A program made the position numbers and the translations under genes. Below are positions 1-13,400 of a stretch of DNA of 64,000 bases, piece after piece. The notes under the pieces were generated by a model, which was not told the origin of the DNA, did no database searches, and was given only the letters and a program-made list of their open reading frames with translations. The first letter of the stretch is position 1. Each line of letters begins with the position of its first letter. Source of the stretch: Pecten maximus (taxonomy: Eukaryota); contig NC_047024.1 in the NCBI RefSeq assembly GCF_902652985.1, positions 5,456,001-5,520,000 of the forward strand, read 5' to 3'.

Positions 1-186
1 AACAGTCCATCTTTGATAACATTGTAACGGAATATAGTATAACATTGGATGAACGAGTAGTTCATATATACAATGTAACAACATTGTAACTGAATGCATT
101 ATAACATTGAACGAATTGATCAGTCCATCTTTAATTAAATTTCTACTGATACAGAATAGCATCTAAAATGATGTTGGTCTATATAT

Positions 187-3100
187 CTATAGTTCATATG
201 TGAACTTTAGGTCAGTGTCTTTCAACTCCTTTTCCAGCATTAGATCGAACATTTCATTTTGTGCGACAGTGAACCAATTCTTCCAGTCCCCTGTTGTACC
301 TGTGACCAAGACAAAATAAATAACTTATGAGAGGAAAGAATTAAACGAGCCACAAATCCTACAGCATTAAGGTACACCAAAGATTGTAAAGAATCTAATT
401 AAATGAGTCTACATACCCTACATCATAAAAGTATACCACAGATGTAAATATTTCATCAAACGAGCACACACATCCTTTAGCATTAAGGAGGTAACCAAAG
501 AGGTAAAGAAATTAACTAAGCGAGCACACAAATTAATGTTTACCAAATATTGTTAAAAATTTATTCAAACGAGCCCACACATCCTACAGCATTATGTACA
601 CCAAAGATTGTAAAGAATTGATTAAAACGAGTCTTCAAATCCTACAGCATAAAGGTGCACCCAATATTTCTACATCTATTTTTTTCTATTACACTAGTAA
701 GTAAGAGAGTACCTTTTCTGAAAATGAAATTTGTTTTATCCTTTGAAACTTTTGAGATCATATCCTCCCCTTTTTTGCCTGAAGTTGTAGCGTCTGCAAG
801 ATTTTTAAATGAACATTTGTCGGCAATATCCTGTATAAGCTGAGGGCTTAATTCTTTGTTCAAAAAGGCTGCCAGACGTTCTATTTCTCCAGCTGGATTC
901 TGAAAGTAACATTTTCGGGAGTAATTTGATTCATATTCAGACCAATAATACGTGAAAACACGACTCTATTTCAGGTTGTTAAGTACTGAATGCGCATCAC
1001 CATTCAGGTTAATACACACAAGTTAATACGTATTCATGTCGTATTTCCATGGTAGAGTTTTTAATGAACCGCTTTTACATGATCCCTTCAAACATATTCA
1101 AACATGTTTAAATCTAGCTGTTTAATCAAAACAAACGTCAAATTTCTGCAATTAGATCCTGGAAGTACCATTATTTCTCAAAATTTATCTTGCGAGTCAA
1201 CCAAATATCATAAATTGTAATAGCTGTGAAGTATGTAAAAATGGTACCTTTTTCAAGTCTTCGTAGAACGCGCTATGGATATTTGTTACTGCTTTGGTCC
1301 GTTTCGCCTCCTCCCATTCGCGTTCGTAGTTGACAAAACCCCCATAAAAATCTGGAACATATACGTTACAGTATATATGGCGTATAAGTGAACTGACATC
1401 CAAGTCAATAAACAAATCCCTTAATGAACACAATTAACGAACCAAACATGGTTTCTTTTCCATTTCTAGAAAGTAACATCCGTGCTTCCCCTACCTTCCC
1501 AGATAAATCATAAGTAATTTCCAATTTACCTTTCCGAATATTCTTAATTCTGAATATTCTTTACAAGGGTATCATTGCCAATTAAATTTTTGTTCCAATT
1601 TTGCCCTCGTTTGATTAATTTTGAGGAAGAAGTACGATTTAATTTCAGTAACATTCTGTTTGCTTGTTAGCTTCATATATGATACATACATTGTGAGATA
1701 CTTTACTTACTATGTTTGTTTGCACACATATCCTGTATATAGTCGTTCCAAGATCCAGGAAAATCTTCTTCTGTACAGGTTGTCGTCGGATCGTTCTTAG
1801 TGTGGTTGTAAAATGATACCATCACATCCTTTGGGTTTCTTGATACATGAATGATTTTGTACCCGTTATCTATGTGTTTCTTTGGGATATGACGAAATGC
1901 CACGTGGGTATTGAGGAAACGTGGCGAAGGACGATTGTTTAATTCTTCAAGGTTCATAGCTTCCAGCATGACACCTCCTTTATGGCCACTGGTATACTGT
2001 GCTCCTTCCTGTAGGATCATCGACACGATCTCGTGTACCCAATGTGTCCCTACACAAATAAGGAATTAACATACATTGCTTACGTAAAAGAATATATTAT
2101 ATACCAAAGACGATTCCCCCCTTAAACTGTCATGTAATGATGTTCTCCATAGATAAAACATAAATAGGAAGTTGTTTATTGCTTTGATCTTGATATACAG
2201 TTATTCCTTTTACGTTATTGATGTGCTTTGACATTCTACTGTAATGGTACGTCAGGATAATTTATCAAGAAAACGAAATCCTTTTGCCAAATTCACAAAA
2301 TCTACGAGTAGACTTGTTTTGAAAGTGAAGCCACTATGCTTGTATAATTGCACTAGAAGCCTGGCTTACCCATCGACGATTGTTACGATCTTATACACAC
2401 TTATTGTTACAATCTCGTTCATGCTTACCGCCTTAGTGTACACTTGCTATACTGATCCTTCAAGTCTTAGGAAGATAACAGAGCTGTTATCGAAACATCA
2501 CTAGCAATAACTGTATTGGCTGTGTTCGATAATATTTTATATAGCTATCCTTATCAACCTAAAGAATATGTTTTACAATAATCATGGTTATGTTTAAGAT
2601 ATGACAGGAGATAAGCCGATAATTCAATTGATATCATGTTTGTTTGAGCAAGGATAATCTTTGTATAACCCTGGTAACCACTAGCCGCAACATACCGTTT
2701 GGCTAGAAAGATCATCTCTTTAGCTTGATCGGTTGAGCGGAAGACTAGTGAGCCAGAGGTCCCGGGTTCGATCCCTAGCGAGTTTTTCAATGAGGGGAAG
2801 CAAGTAATCCCGGTAAATACTAGCCGCAATATATCCCTCGACTAGAGAGATATTCCACTTAGCTTGGTCGGTTGAGCCTAAGACTAGTAAGCCCGTGGTT
2901 TCAGGTTCGATCCCTAGCCGGGACAGTGAGTTCATACCTTCTGTTAGATGTGTTAGTTATTTTACATGATATCAGAGAAAAGTCACAGTGTTCAAATAAA
3001 ATATTCATTGTATAACATATATTTAACCGTCACGTATTATATCTACATGTAAAACGTATTTTTCCTTAATTCAAATGAAGCAAATTACAGCAAACATATG

Positions 3101-3905
3101 TTTCTACTGAAGATAATATGACATAGTGTTATATATATATATTGATTATGGCTACTGCTGTTGCAGAAGAGAACTGGAAACTGTGTTGTTGTTATTTTTT
3201 TTTCCATTTTACGATAATATTCATTAGACAAATAATCATGTTTGATGTCAAAGTTACGGGATTTCTTACAATGTGTCGAGGCTGATTTAATAATTGTATT
3301 AGGTAATACTAACAGAATATTTATACAGTAGTAAACATTGTTGTGGGATATTGGAAATCTCTTTAAACGTCTACAAGATATTCTATTGTATAAATATCAA
3401 TATGAAATCCGACATTAAGGAGATAAATACCTCCTTTTCTGATTCTAATAAAGGGTTCTCTGTAACAATATGGTTGACATTTTATAAATTGCACACACAC
3501 ACATATTTATACGTCGTATCACTTGTATGTTTTCACTTTTATCAGGAATTAACCTATTGCTGACTCAGGTATGATCACGTCTGGTAAAGGTATGGAAATT
3601 AAAAAGTTGGGCAGACCGGAATTGTTTTCAACTGAAAAGAACGGTCGTGTTCCCATAACATTAACCATTAAGTTGTCCCTGTCTGTCATTCTGAGGATAA
3701 TCTTACCTGCTTTGGGGAATGTACAGAGTAGGATATCCGATTCCCTTGAGTCGAGGTTCCTTAATGCCTCCATGTGCTTTTCGGGGTTAGCCATTATCAC
3801 AGGAAATTTCGGAAACATACAGCCATCGTAAATAGGATGTTTTTGGATCCTCCAAGCGTTTAACATTTTTTCTCTTTCCTCAGGATCAACTTTAAGTATG
3901 TCCAT
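187..3905 (-). CDS. Cytosolic sulfotransferase (SULT1-like), copy 1, intact, 313 aa; coding exons 3905-3707, 2049-1711, 1351-1248, 899-713, 299-187
   Basis: All introns are GT-AG with compatible phases. 5'-PSB motif TFPKAG/THW spans the first coding junction; catalytic NTH; 3'-PB motif RNPKDVMVSFY; FYEDLKK; C-terminal FRKGTTGDWKNWFTVAQNE; TAG at 189-187. Non-coding exon donor AAG|GTACGT at 4002-4001. Confidence 0.93.
343..660. repeat. Degenerate ~55-65 bp intronic tandem repeat in the last intron of SULT copy 1
   Basis: Recurrent aaacgagccaca.atcctacagcattaaggtacaccaaag motif, about 5-6 copies. Confidence 0.7.
2662..2948 (+). mobile_element. Dimeric tRNA(Thr-AGT)-derived repeat (SINE-like or DIRS terminal-repeat derivative) in a SULT copy 1 intron
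   Basis: Two units, each with an A-box (TAGCTTGATCGG 2721; TAGCTTGGTCGG 2860), a CTAGT(G/A)A loop and a B-box GGTTCGATCCC (~2765; ~2904). No pairing acceptor stem. Ends tgta...ctgttaga; same layout as the reverse complement of 59726-59869. Confidence 0.7.
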
Positions 3906-4904
3906 CTTATTCCTGTGAAGTATATATTAACAGAGACAACATAATGAAGATATCTTTATAAAGATATGACAAATATATCATAACAACATAGTATACACGT
4001 ACCTTGAGAAGGTGTTTGCAATCCCTGTCCAATACGTGTCCTTTCTGGTGCGGCGTAACTCGACACTGATGACGCTCACCACGTTACATAAAGCTAGGTT
4101 AAATTTGAAAATGAATGAAGACGTGCTAGCTTTGTTGTTGTATCCCTATCTAATCATACCAGGCCGGTCTGATGTAATTGGTAAACTCGGGCAGGAACAC
4201 AAATGTCATTTACTGGCTTGTGTAAACATAGTGTCCGCCCCTATGTAACCCTGTCATTTAATACTCGTCCCAGTTTATCACCCCTTCCAAATCAATACGA
4301 ACGTGAGTGAGCTAAGCACACACTAACCCATACGATTATTCGGCGATTTGTGAACTTGATCCCTTGGGATATAAGCAAATTAAATAAAGTCCGTGCAATA
4401 GCAAATTCACTATAATTACGCAGAAAGCAAAGGCTAGTTATCAATATTATGTACAAGCTGTATCACAATGACAAGCGTGGTAATCACTACAGGATATAAC
4501 ACAATAGTTCAGGTTGCCTACATATTTCTCATACTTCATTTTTTTCAGGTTTAAAATAATTATATTGATCAAAAACATCACTTTACAAATAATTGGTGTC
4601 CTCGCGCAGGAGGGGGATTTATTCGACATACAACTTTTTATTCTTATTTATTCATACGTAAGTGTTTATTTTCCTCTTGTTTTTGTTATTTTGATAAATC
4701 ACATCTCCTAGTGGATAGACATACATGAAGCTACCTAAACGGTTTCAGACAATCATCATCATCTCGCGCGGGAGGAGATGCACTCAATATACATCATTTG
4801 ATTCTCGATACAAACTCATACTTCATTAACAATCCATACAAATATAATTATAAAATTATACTTTCTGTGTAATTTCTCTCCTTTGACTGTGACTTACCTT
4901 TCTT

Positions 4905-5400
4905 AATTCTGTCTGACTGTCCGTCTGTCTATAGAAAAAAAAATATGTACGGACAATTCCTCCGGTGATTCTATTCCCATGACACCTAGCACAAATTTAA
5001 AGGACTATATGTTAATTTGAACACATTGTTTTTCTGTCAAAGTATGGTTGTAATAGTAACTGATCACTATAAAAAGGTTTTCCGATGAAAAGTCATAACG
5101 CCGCAGTCGTTAGTCCAATTTAATTCATAATTCACCGAATATTGGAAAGAACCAAGGTATATCATTACAAAAATATGCTGTTTCCAAAACTATCAACATG
5201 GTTACACAATCAGGGCCTCTAAATGGCCAAAATTTAGATTTTTTCATGATTTGTGAAGAAATTCTGTCCATAGAGGTATTAGGATATTCCGACCAGCATA
5301 ATATAGTTTTTGCTGTTTTCTTGGTTTTGACTAAATTTAATTCATTTGGATATTAAGGGATGACGTAAATTACTGTATAAATTGTGTTGCTAGGGCAACC
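4905..5400. mobile_element. Possible degraded Helentron/HINE-like repeat remnant
   Basis: (CTGT/CCGT)n microsatellite at 4908-4930 followed by repeat-like sequence; termini not resolved. Confidence 0.3.
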
Positions 5401-6204
5401 TTGCAAAAGTGCTTGGCTATCCTTGGTTACAGATAAATGATATGTTCCGTTTGTTCGTTCATATTTTGCCCTCATTTTATTAACGTTGTCATGTCATGAT
5501 GATATGCGTCCTGTTTTATCTCTGTGGTAACACCTGATGCCCGTAATAAGAGAGACATGTCGGTGTGACTAGTCAGGACGAGTTATTTATACGAAAGCAG
5601 GGCAGCCCTCGATCATAAGTTTAAACGACCCGGTGGTGCAGTGATAAAATGTAACACACTCGCTTTCACCCAGACGGCTGAGAAACGATTCCTCAATCGA
5701 ACTTTTTTCTGTTCTTTTATCTGGATATGGGTTTTCCCTTATCTGTAAGACCCCCGCACACTTCCATACATTCCAACACAAAGATTAGTAAGCATTGATA
5801 AAACTTCACACTTATTGTAATAAGTAAAGTATATGTTATATATATATCATTGATATGTTGTGATGAGTATATTTCATACATGAAATGAACATAGACGCTT
5901 CTTTTCCAACAATGGCTACTTATATAGTTGTTTCACTGAAATCTAATATATGTTTTTTCAGTGGAAATCATTATTTTGGTGAAATGATAATATGCATATT
6001 AAATAGCATTGTATTTTAATTTTTCTTTCATGCCTTCTTCCCATTATCCTAGTATTGGAAATGGTGAAGATGATGATATTTACGAAACATCCTGTAAACT
6101 TGATACCTATTCGTTCTTTATAGAAACCAGCTGCATTTTGTTATATGATCGAGACACTTGCTAGTTCGAATCAATTCAATTAAGTCTAAGAAGAGTAGTT
6201 GATT

Positions 6205-6587
6205 AAATAGAGGTTACACAACGAGTGGTTGTTGGATATGGAATTTATTTCACACGAGTAAGTTATTTTTTTAAAGTTACAAAAGACACGAGCTTTAGCG
6301 AGCTTTAGTTGATGAAAAATAACTTACGAGTATGAAATAAATTCCATATCCAACAATTTCGAGTCGTGTGACCTGTTTCTACCACAATAATATCGGCTTG
6401 AATCAAAGGGAAACGTGGCCAAGTATAATTTCGCGTATGCAAATAAAGTGTACCGGTGAAGTCCGGGACCCGGTGATGTGACGTCATTAGATTATTGATG
6501 ACGTCAATAACAATTGCAGCTTGGGTCAAAGTTCACCGTGTTAGCCAATCGAAATGCGTACAGAGTTTATACCACGTGTGGTATAAA
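6205..6587. mobile_element. Non-autonomous element with a long subterminal hairpin (Crypton-like)
   Basis: Inverted arms of ~65 bp (6205-6272 and 6315-6378; gttggatatggaatttatttca / tgaaataaattccatatccaac) plus a short inverted pair taccac/gtggta bracketing the remainder. Family assignment rests on architecture only. Confidence 0.5.
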
Positions 6588-8059
6588 CAGATTCTTGATA
6601 AACAGCTGTAATGATTAACTGATGGTCTGAGAGTTGAATAACACAGGGTATTGTGGTAGAATCTGTTTTATCAAATGCGTTCTCGATCATCAAGGATTTG
6701 TTAAAAAATATCATGATTTGCGTGACAATTTGTGATTGCTGATGTGGGAAAAACTAACATCACAATGTTTGAAGAGATACAGGTTGATGAAAATCATGTC
6801 GATATTGTCGATATCGTGATTTAATCGGAAAATTTATATGAATATGTATATCAACACATCATCGTTATCGTATCTCAAAATTGATTTACGGTGGTAAATT
6901 ATGAATTAAAAATGGATTGGTATCGAACTCTTGAAAAAGAACAAGGACAATAAAAACAAGAGTTTCTTTGCTGGTGTAAAACTAAGGTTATACCACGTTC
7001 TAATAGTATTTCTAGTTTTTGATGACGGCCATCAACATCATCATCTGAAGAAGTTAAAGTTCTCTTCTACGTGTTCTGATAAGATCATCGATATAATCAA
7101 CTTCCCATGGAAACAAGAAGAAAGCAATCAAGAGAGGAATGAAGTGATTTGTTAAGGATGCTCACAGAGTTTTTTTTTGCTCTGATGATTTTATTGAAGG
7201 GGAAAGACATGGCAAACAATGAAAAGTATAAAAAGCTATGTATTTTGTTATGAAAATGCCTGGTCATTTTAGTACAATTGGCCAATTTTGCAACGGGAAA
7301 TTTAATCACTAAAAGAAAGAAAAAAGAATTAAAGATTATTTTCTCTACTTGCAATGGCCGTGACGCAGTGTTAACAAGGCATAATCAATCTAAATCCAAT
7401 CTTATTCAATTTCATTCCCATGACTACATCTCCTCAACAATTTCCTTACTTAATAACTATTAAAAAAATTCAATCAAAACAAAAATATGATGCAGTTTAC
7501 TCGACTTACTGGATTAAAACCAATATACTGTTATTTCAATATTGCAAAAATATGTATTTTAATTGTAATTTCAATTTTCTTCAAAGAAAATAAAACGATT
7601 CTGAAGATTAACATTAAATATAGAGTTTTTTTTAAAAATACACACTGGTGTTTTATTTTAGAAGACTGACATACAAATCATATGGGTTTCATAATGAATT
7701 AGGAATAGTTGTAGCCTCTCCGATTTTCTAATATATTTGTAATTATAGTCTCAATGATGTGTCTCTTTAACATATTATATTCGCCACCATGATGAAATTT
7801 GGACTGTTGAAAATGCACATGATAGAGGTCACAAACTCTCGATCAACACCTCAAACTCGCCTGCCTTATTTCTAGAACCTTGTAACATTCTCGATCACCA
7901 AAATCGCCATTAAGTTGCCATGGCTGGGGTTATTCACCTAATCATATGACTGTAACTGTTCCACTATTTCTCATTGTCTGTTCCCTATTTTCTCACTTTA
8001 ACTTTCAACTGGAACACACAGGTTTCTAGTCTAGCCGAAATGTGGATCAGTTTGTGGTC

Positions 8060-8800
8060 TGTTCATGTTTTTAAACTCCCGTCATAACAAACCACACCAA
8101 CATTGTCGAGATAGATACAGCTCCTACTAAAGGTGTTTGACAGCGCCATGTGCATGTTCCCTCGGATCGTTCAGCTAACGCATGTCGTAAAATCAAAATA
8201 TCGTTCGCCTAATTAAATAACTAATAACAATTTCGGAGATTTGTTATTGTTTTACATTTTATCTTAACCATCAAAGAGTTATCTCCCTTAATATGGATGA
8301 TTCGTTCCAATCACGAGATCGTGGCCAGGTATCGTAGTATATACGAGTCATCGTATTCAATTGAGACAGGTTGTTACTATTCATACGAATGTCTCGATTA
8401 TATCAATGAAATAGTTGAAGGCAAGTTGTGTGTAAAAAAAACCCCAGCCTTTGCTCAAATCGTGATCGGTATGATTCCACTTTACCAACCTGGATCTAGT
8501 TATTGGTCTATGAAAGTTAGCTTGGGGGTCGTCATGTTGAGTCTACTGAGGTTTTAGATCAGACGACATCTTTTATCAAACCACGTGATTCCAAATTTGG
8601 CAAAATATCCCCAAACCCTCTATCAGTAACGACATTGTCATCTTTCTCCAGTCTTGAGATACTATCCATGAAGGCTTTTGTAATCTTGCATCATTATCGC
8701 TTCAAGGAAAAGCTGTACTGTATCCAGAATGTAACCATTAGGCAGGACTATGCTCATGGATTTCAAAAGTTCCGCTTCTTCTGTCCACAATAGGAGATTC
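8060..8800 (-). pseudogene. Degraded DDE transposase relic (ISL2EU/Harbinger, DDE_Tnp_4-like)
   Basis: Minus-strand fragments LLKSMSIVLPNGYILDTV, VVTDRGFGD (cf. DRGFRD), RSRLV..ESYRSRF and a possible Cys-rich SWIM-like remnant near 8080-8160; many stops and frameshifts. Confidence 0.55.
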
Positions 8801-10413
8801 ACAATGGAACAATAATTGTCAGTGTCAATAAAGGGCGAAAAAGTGAAAAACAATTCTAGAAACTGTATTCTTGTCCAGCCTGTCATGTCTTTACCATCTA
8901 CATGAAACATAGGGTAAAAAAACAACTCCTGCATATGTTATATCTCCAAAAGATCAATAATGATTTCCTTAAATGTGGAATGAAGGCGAGAAGTCAATAA
9001 TTCTCGTTCTTCAGTGCGGATTTCAACGTTAGTGTTAAACATTTTCCCCTTTGATGACGTTTTTTTTTTTATTAAAGATGTCTTTTGTGCGCTTGGAAAA
9101 AATGGTCGAGTTTTGATTGAAATTATGCATACATAATGTGCATGTGCATTTGACATGAAAAGGCTAGCAATACTATATATTATCTTAGATAATAATTGGA
9201 TGATCCACCACGTATCATCATCAACAGCAACGTTTTTATTTTCAGGTTGCGGCTATCGTTTCTGATAATTCTTGAAATACTCATGTCAATCTCTTGATCA
9301 TCAGTAAAGTTATTGCAATCCGCTTTTATAAAACCGATCAACTAATTGTGCTAGGGAAGTCTTAAAGGTAATGTTTGATCTTTGGGCAGGATCTGGGTTT
9401 AAAACTCGCTATATGCTAGATACTTTTGAATGGACTAAATATAGAAGACGTTCAAAATGTCCTTTTTTTACAAAAAAATAACGCTTTCTTTAAAAAATGC
9501 TTAAAAAATAAATAAGTATATTTACTTATTGATATTTTGGAATTTCGTTTATGGTTCAAACTTTTCTATTTCTTTAAAATAAACATTTATTTATATCTAT
9601 TTTGTGACAAAAAACGTTTGTTTAGTAAATTAGTCACGTAATTAAGAACATTATCGATTAACTTCGATTAAATGTATAGCCAAGGGAACCAAGCAATTTA
9701 TCGGGAGTGATCTCTAACTGTAAAAACAATCTTTATGCTGACCCCTATGGACAATTAACAATAATGGAAACCCCACCTTTGGCAAAAACATGTGAACAAT
9801 TTACTAATTAACCATACCATTATAATCACAATTCTCTTTATTAAAGCATAAACTTTGCTTGTATTTTGAACTTAAATGCTAATAGCGGTTGTGAAAAGTA
9901 CGCATATATGACATAAAGAGAGTCATTTCAATTAATACAAATGATCGTTATCAGTTCGTATGAAATAGAAATAACAAACGAGCTAATAGAGGGACAAAAT
10001 GTGTTCCAGTGGGCCAATAGTCTTTGAAAGATCTATTCAACAAATTAAACAAAAAAATTTCGGAGGAGTTTCTATAAGCTTCGGTTGTATCTTTAACGAA
10101 ATATGCCTCCATGCAGATCACAAATATGGTTCCGACCATTCAAACATCAAAATGTTGTGTTGCGGTAAATAAAATATATTCATGGAATAATTATGCTCTC
10201 ATAGACTGAAAATCTTTCTTGTTAGTTTACATCCTACATAGTATACTGGTTGAGACTTATAAAAATCAACCAGAAAATTAAAAATGTACAATGATGGTAT
10301 GGCCAAGTAAAAAAATCGCATGAAACTGCTGTATAAAATTTTATATATAATCCGTCAATCTCTCATTACATTGTAACTGATACATTGTAGTATTTGACAA
10401 AATGTTAGTCTAT

Positions 10414-13400
10414 TTATAGTTCATATGTGAATTTTAGACCAGTATCTTTCAACTCCCCTTCCACCATTAGATCGAACATTTCATTTTGCGCGACAGTGAA
10501 CCAATTCTTCCAGTCCCCTGTTGTACCTGTGAACACAAAACGAAATGTTATGAACGGAAAGAATTTGAGCCCACACATCCTTCAGCCTTAATGTACACCA
10601 AAGAGGGGAAGAATTCAACGAGCCAACACATTCTACAGTAAAAAAAGAAGAAGAGAGATTTAAAGAATTCAATTTAAAGAGCCAAAAAACCTACCTCACA
10701 AAAGTACACCAAATATTTCTACTTTGATTTAAATCGCAGTTTATTGCTTTCCATTATGCTATTTCTTGAGACATTACCTTTTCTGAATATGAAATTTGTT
10801 TTATCCTTTGAAATTTTCGGGAATATATCCTCTCCTTTTTTGCCAGAAGTTGTAGCGTCAGCAAGATTTTTGAATGAGCATCTGTCGGCAATATCCTGTA
10901 TAAGTTGAGGGCTTAATTCTTTGTTCAAAAACGCTGTCAGGCGTTGTATTTCTCCAACTGGATTCTGAAAGGAATATTTTACACATAATATCTTTTTATA
11001 AGTAACCCGCTTTTATATTACATTTTCTATACATATATATATATATAAAAAAAGGATCATTTCCATGTTTAGTTGGATATATAAAAACAAAAAACATAAC
11101 TTAACGACAAAATTTCTTTCGCTTTCACAGCAATTGTTGCGCTTCTGAAAAGTTTATTTAAAAAAACCGAGACTTTGACAATAGGCCTTTCTGCCCTTTC
11201 AGGCTTCTTCAGACGAATCGCACATTTGTTAATATATATATTTAACCTTTTACATGTTTACTTTTAGCTGTTCGTTCATAGAAGACGCTCAATTTCTGTA
11301 AGTGCATTTGGTAAGCAATATTTCAAAAGTATATCTAACGAATGCATCCTTATACGTAATTACGGTAATTGTGGTACCTTTTTCATGTCTTCGTAGAACA
11401 CGCTATGGATATTTGTTGCTTTGTTTGTCTGTTTCGCTTCCTCCCATACTCGTTCGTAATTGACAAAACCCCCATATAAATCTGGATCAAAGTAACAAAG
11501 TATCTATCAAGCAGCATATTAATGGTGAATGAATTTGAAAACATGTCCCCGTAATAAAGCATTTACCTATATAAACACAAAAAACGAACCCAAATTGTTA
11601 ATTTTCTATTTTGACGTTCTGAACCTTTCTACTACGATTTAATGAATGATGTTTTGATAAAGTAGTTTCCCATTTAACATTCGGAAATTCGGAAATATAT
11701 GTTTTCAAATGTCTTTTCTCCTCCTTTGATCAATTTTGAGAAAGAAGTACGGCCTCGATTAAATTTCAATAACCTTCTGCTTGTTTGTTAGCTTCATATA
11801 TGATAAATACACTGTGATATACTTTAATTACTGTGTTTGTTTGAACACATATCCTGTATAAAGTAGTTCCAAGTTCCAGGAAAATCTTCTTCTGTACAGA
11901 CTGCCATCGGATCATTTTTGATGTGGTTATAAAATGATACCATCACATCCTTTGGGTTTCTTGATACATGAATGATTTTGTATCCGTTATCTACGTGTTT
12001 CTTTGGGATGTGACGAAATGCCACGTGGGTATTGAGGAAACGTGGCGAAGGACGATCATTTAATTCTTCAATGTTGGTACATTCCATCATGACATTCATT
12101 TTGTGCCCACTGGTATACTCAGCTCCTTCCTGTAGAATCATCGACACGATCTCGTGCAACCAATGTGTCCCTACACAAATTAGAATTATTACGCACATGC
12201 AAACGCAAAAGAAGGTAATATACATTATACAAAAAATAAAAAAGTTATTTCCTGAATTTGTCATCTAATTATTTTCTACATAAATATGTGAACTCACTGT
12301 GCTGTTATTGTTTTCCTTCATGACATGTGATTAATGTGCCTTGACATTTTAGTGTAACGATACGTCGGGATCAGTANNNNNNNNNNNNNNNNNNNNNNNN
12401 NNNNNNNNNNNNNNNNNNNNNNNNNNNNNNNNNNNNNNNNNNNNNNNNNNNNNNNNNNNNNNNNNNNNNNNNNNNNNNNNNNNNNNNNNNNNNNNNNNNN
12501 NNNNNNNNNNNNNNTTGTACAAAGATGATGGCAGTAGTGTGCATGATGTTAAAATTGTTGAATGTTAATGATGATATGTGTTTCGAAAATAAAAGAAAAA
12601 TAAATAAAATTTCCAGTTCAGAAAAGGAACCCGTGTCACATTCATAAACTCTCGGACACAGAGTCACCGTTGAGGTGTTAACTCGGTTTCCTAACAGTAA
12701 ACAAATGCTTCAGAAACATGATTATCTTTCTTGCTCTCGATTTCTTTACATCGAAACAAACCATTTTTTCGAGATATATATGTTTAGGAAAGGCAATACA
12801 AAAGCGGGTTATTTAAAAAAAGATATTATGTGTAAAATATTCCTTTCAGAATCCAGTTGGAGAAATAGTACGTCTAAAATAATATATCGATACACTGCCG
12901 TTTTTTTGGATTTTCTATTGCTTATTTATTTAAAGCATTTCACATTTCAACTTTCTAGTAAGGCTATTTTAAGTTTTACTGATTCGATGAAAGAATTATA
13001 TTGTTACGTTATTTGGAAACTAACAATGTTTAAATCTCAATTTTACTGTTTTATGTTGCGTGATCAACTTTCAGAAATATGACTTGTTTGTTAACAAGTA
13101 TTACTTCTTAAAGTTAAAACCGACACAATCGCAGTAAATACTACATAAGTTATATGGTAGGGTTGGGAGATGTGTATCTGTTGAATTAATTAACAAGCCG
13201 GCTATCTAAGGATTGCACAAAAGTCTCACAAATGAAATATAATAAATTATTTAAAAATTTAGTTAAAAATATATATCAGATTTTATTCCTAGATCTGTAT
13301 TTCTATATAACACATTTGCCCTTTGGCACAAACTCTGTTTACCTGTTGACGTAGTTGATCTGATAATAATGGTACATGTTGTACATGGTTATCTAATATT

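Noticed and set aside
2715-2925. Functional tRNA-Thr genes (also 59748-59824)
   Set aside because: A and B boxes are present, but acceptor and anticodon stems do not pair properly and the units sit in repeat-like flanks.
6640-7300. Possible decayed coding relic upstream of copy 1, partly similar to ~22430-22740
   Set aside because: No recognisable motif or splice structure; explained as duplicated intergenic DNA.
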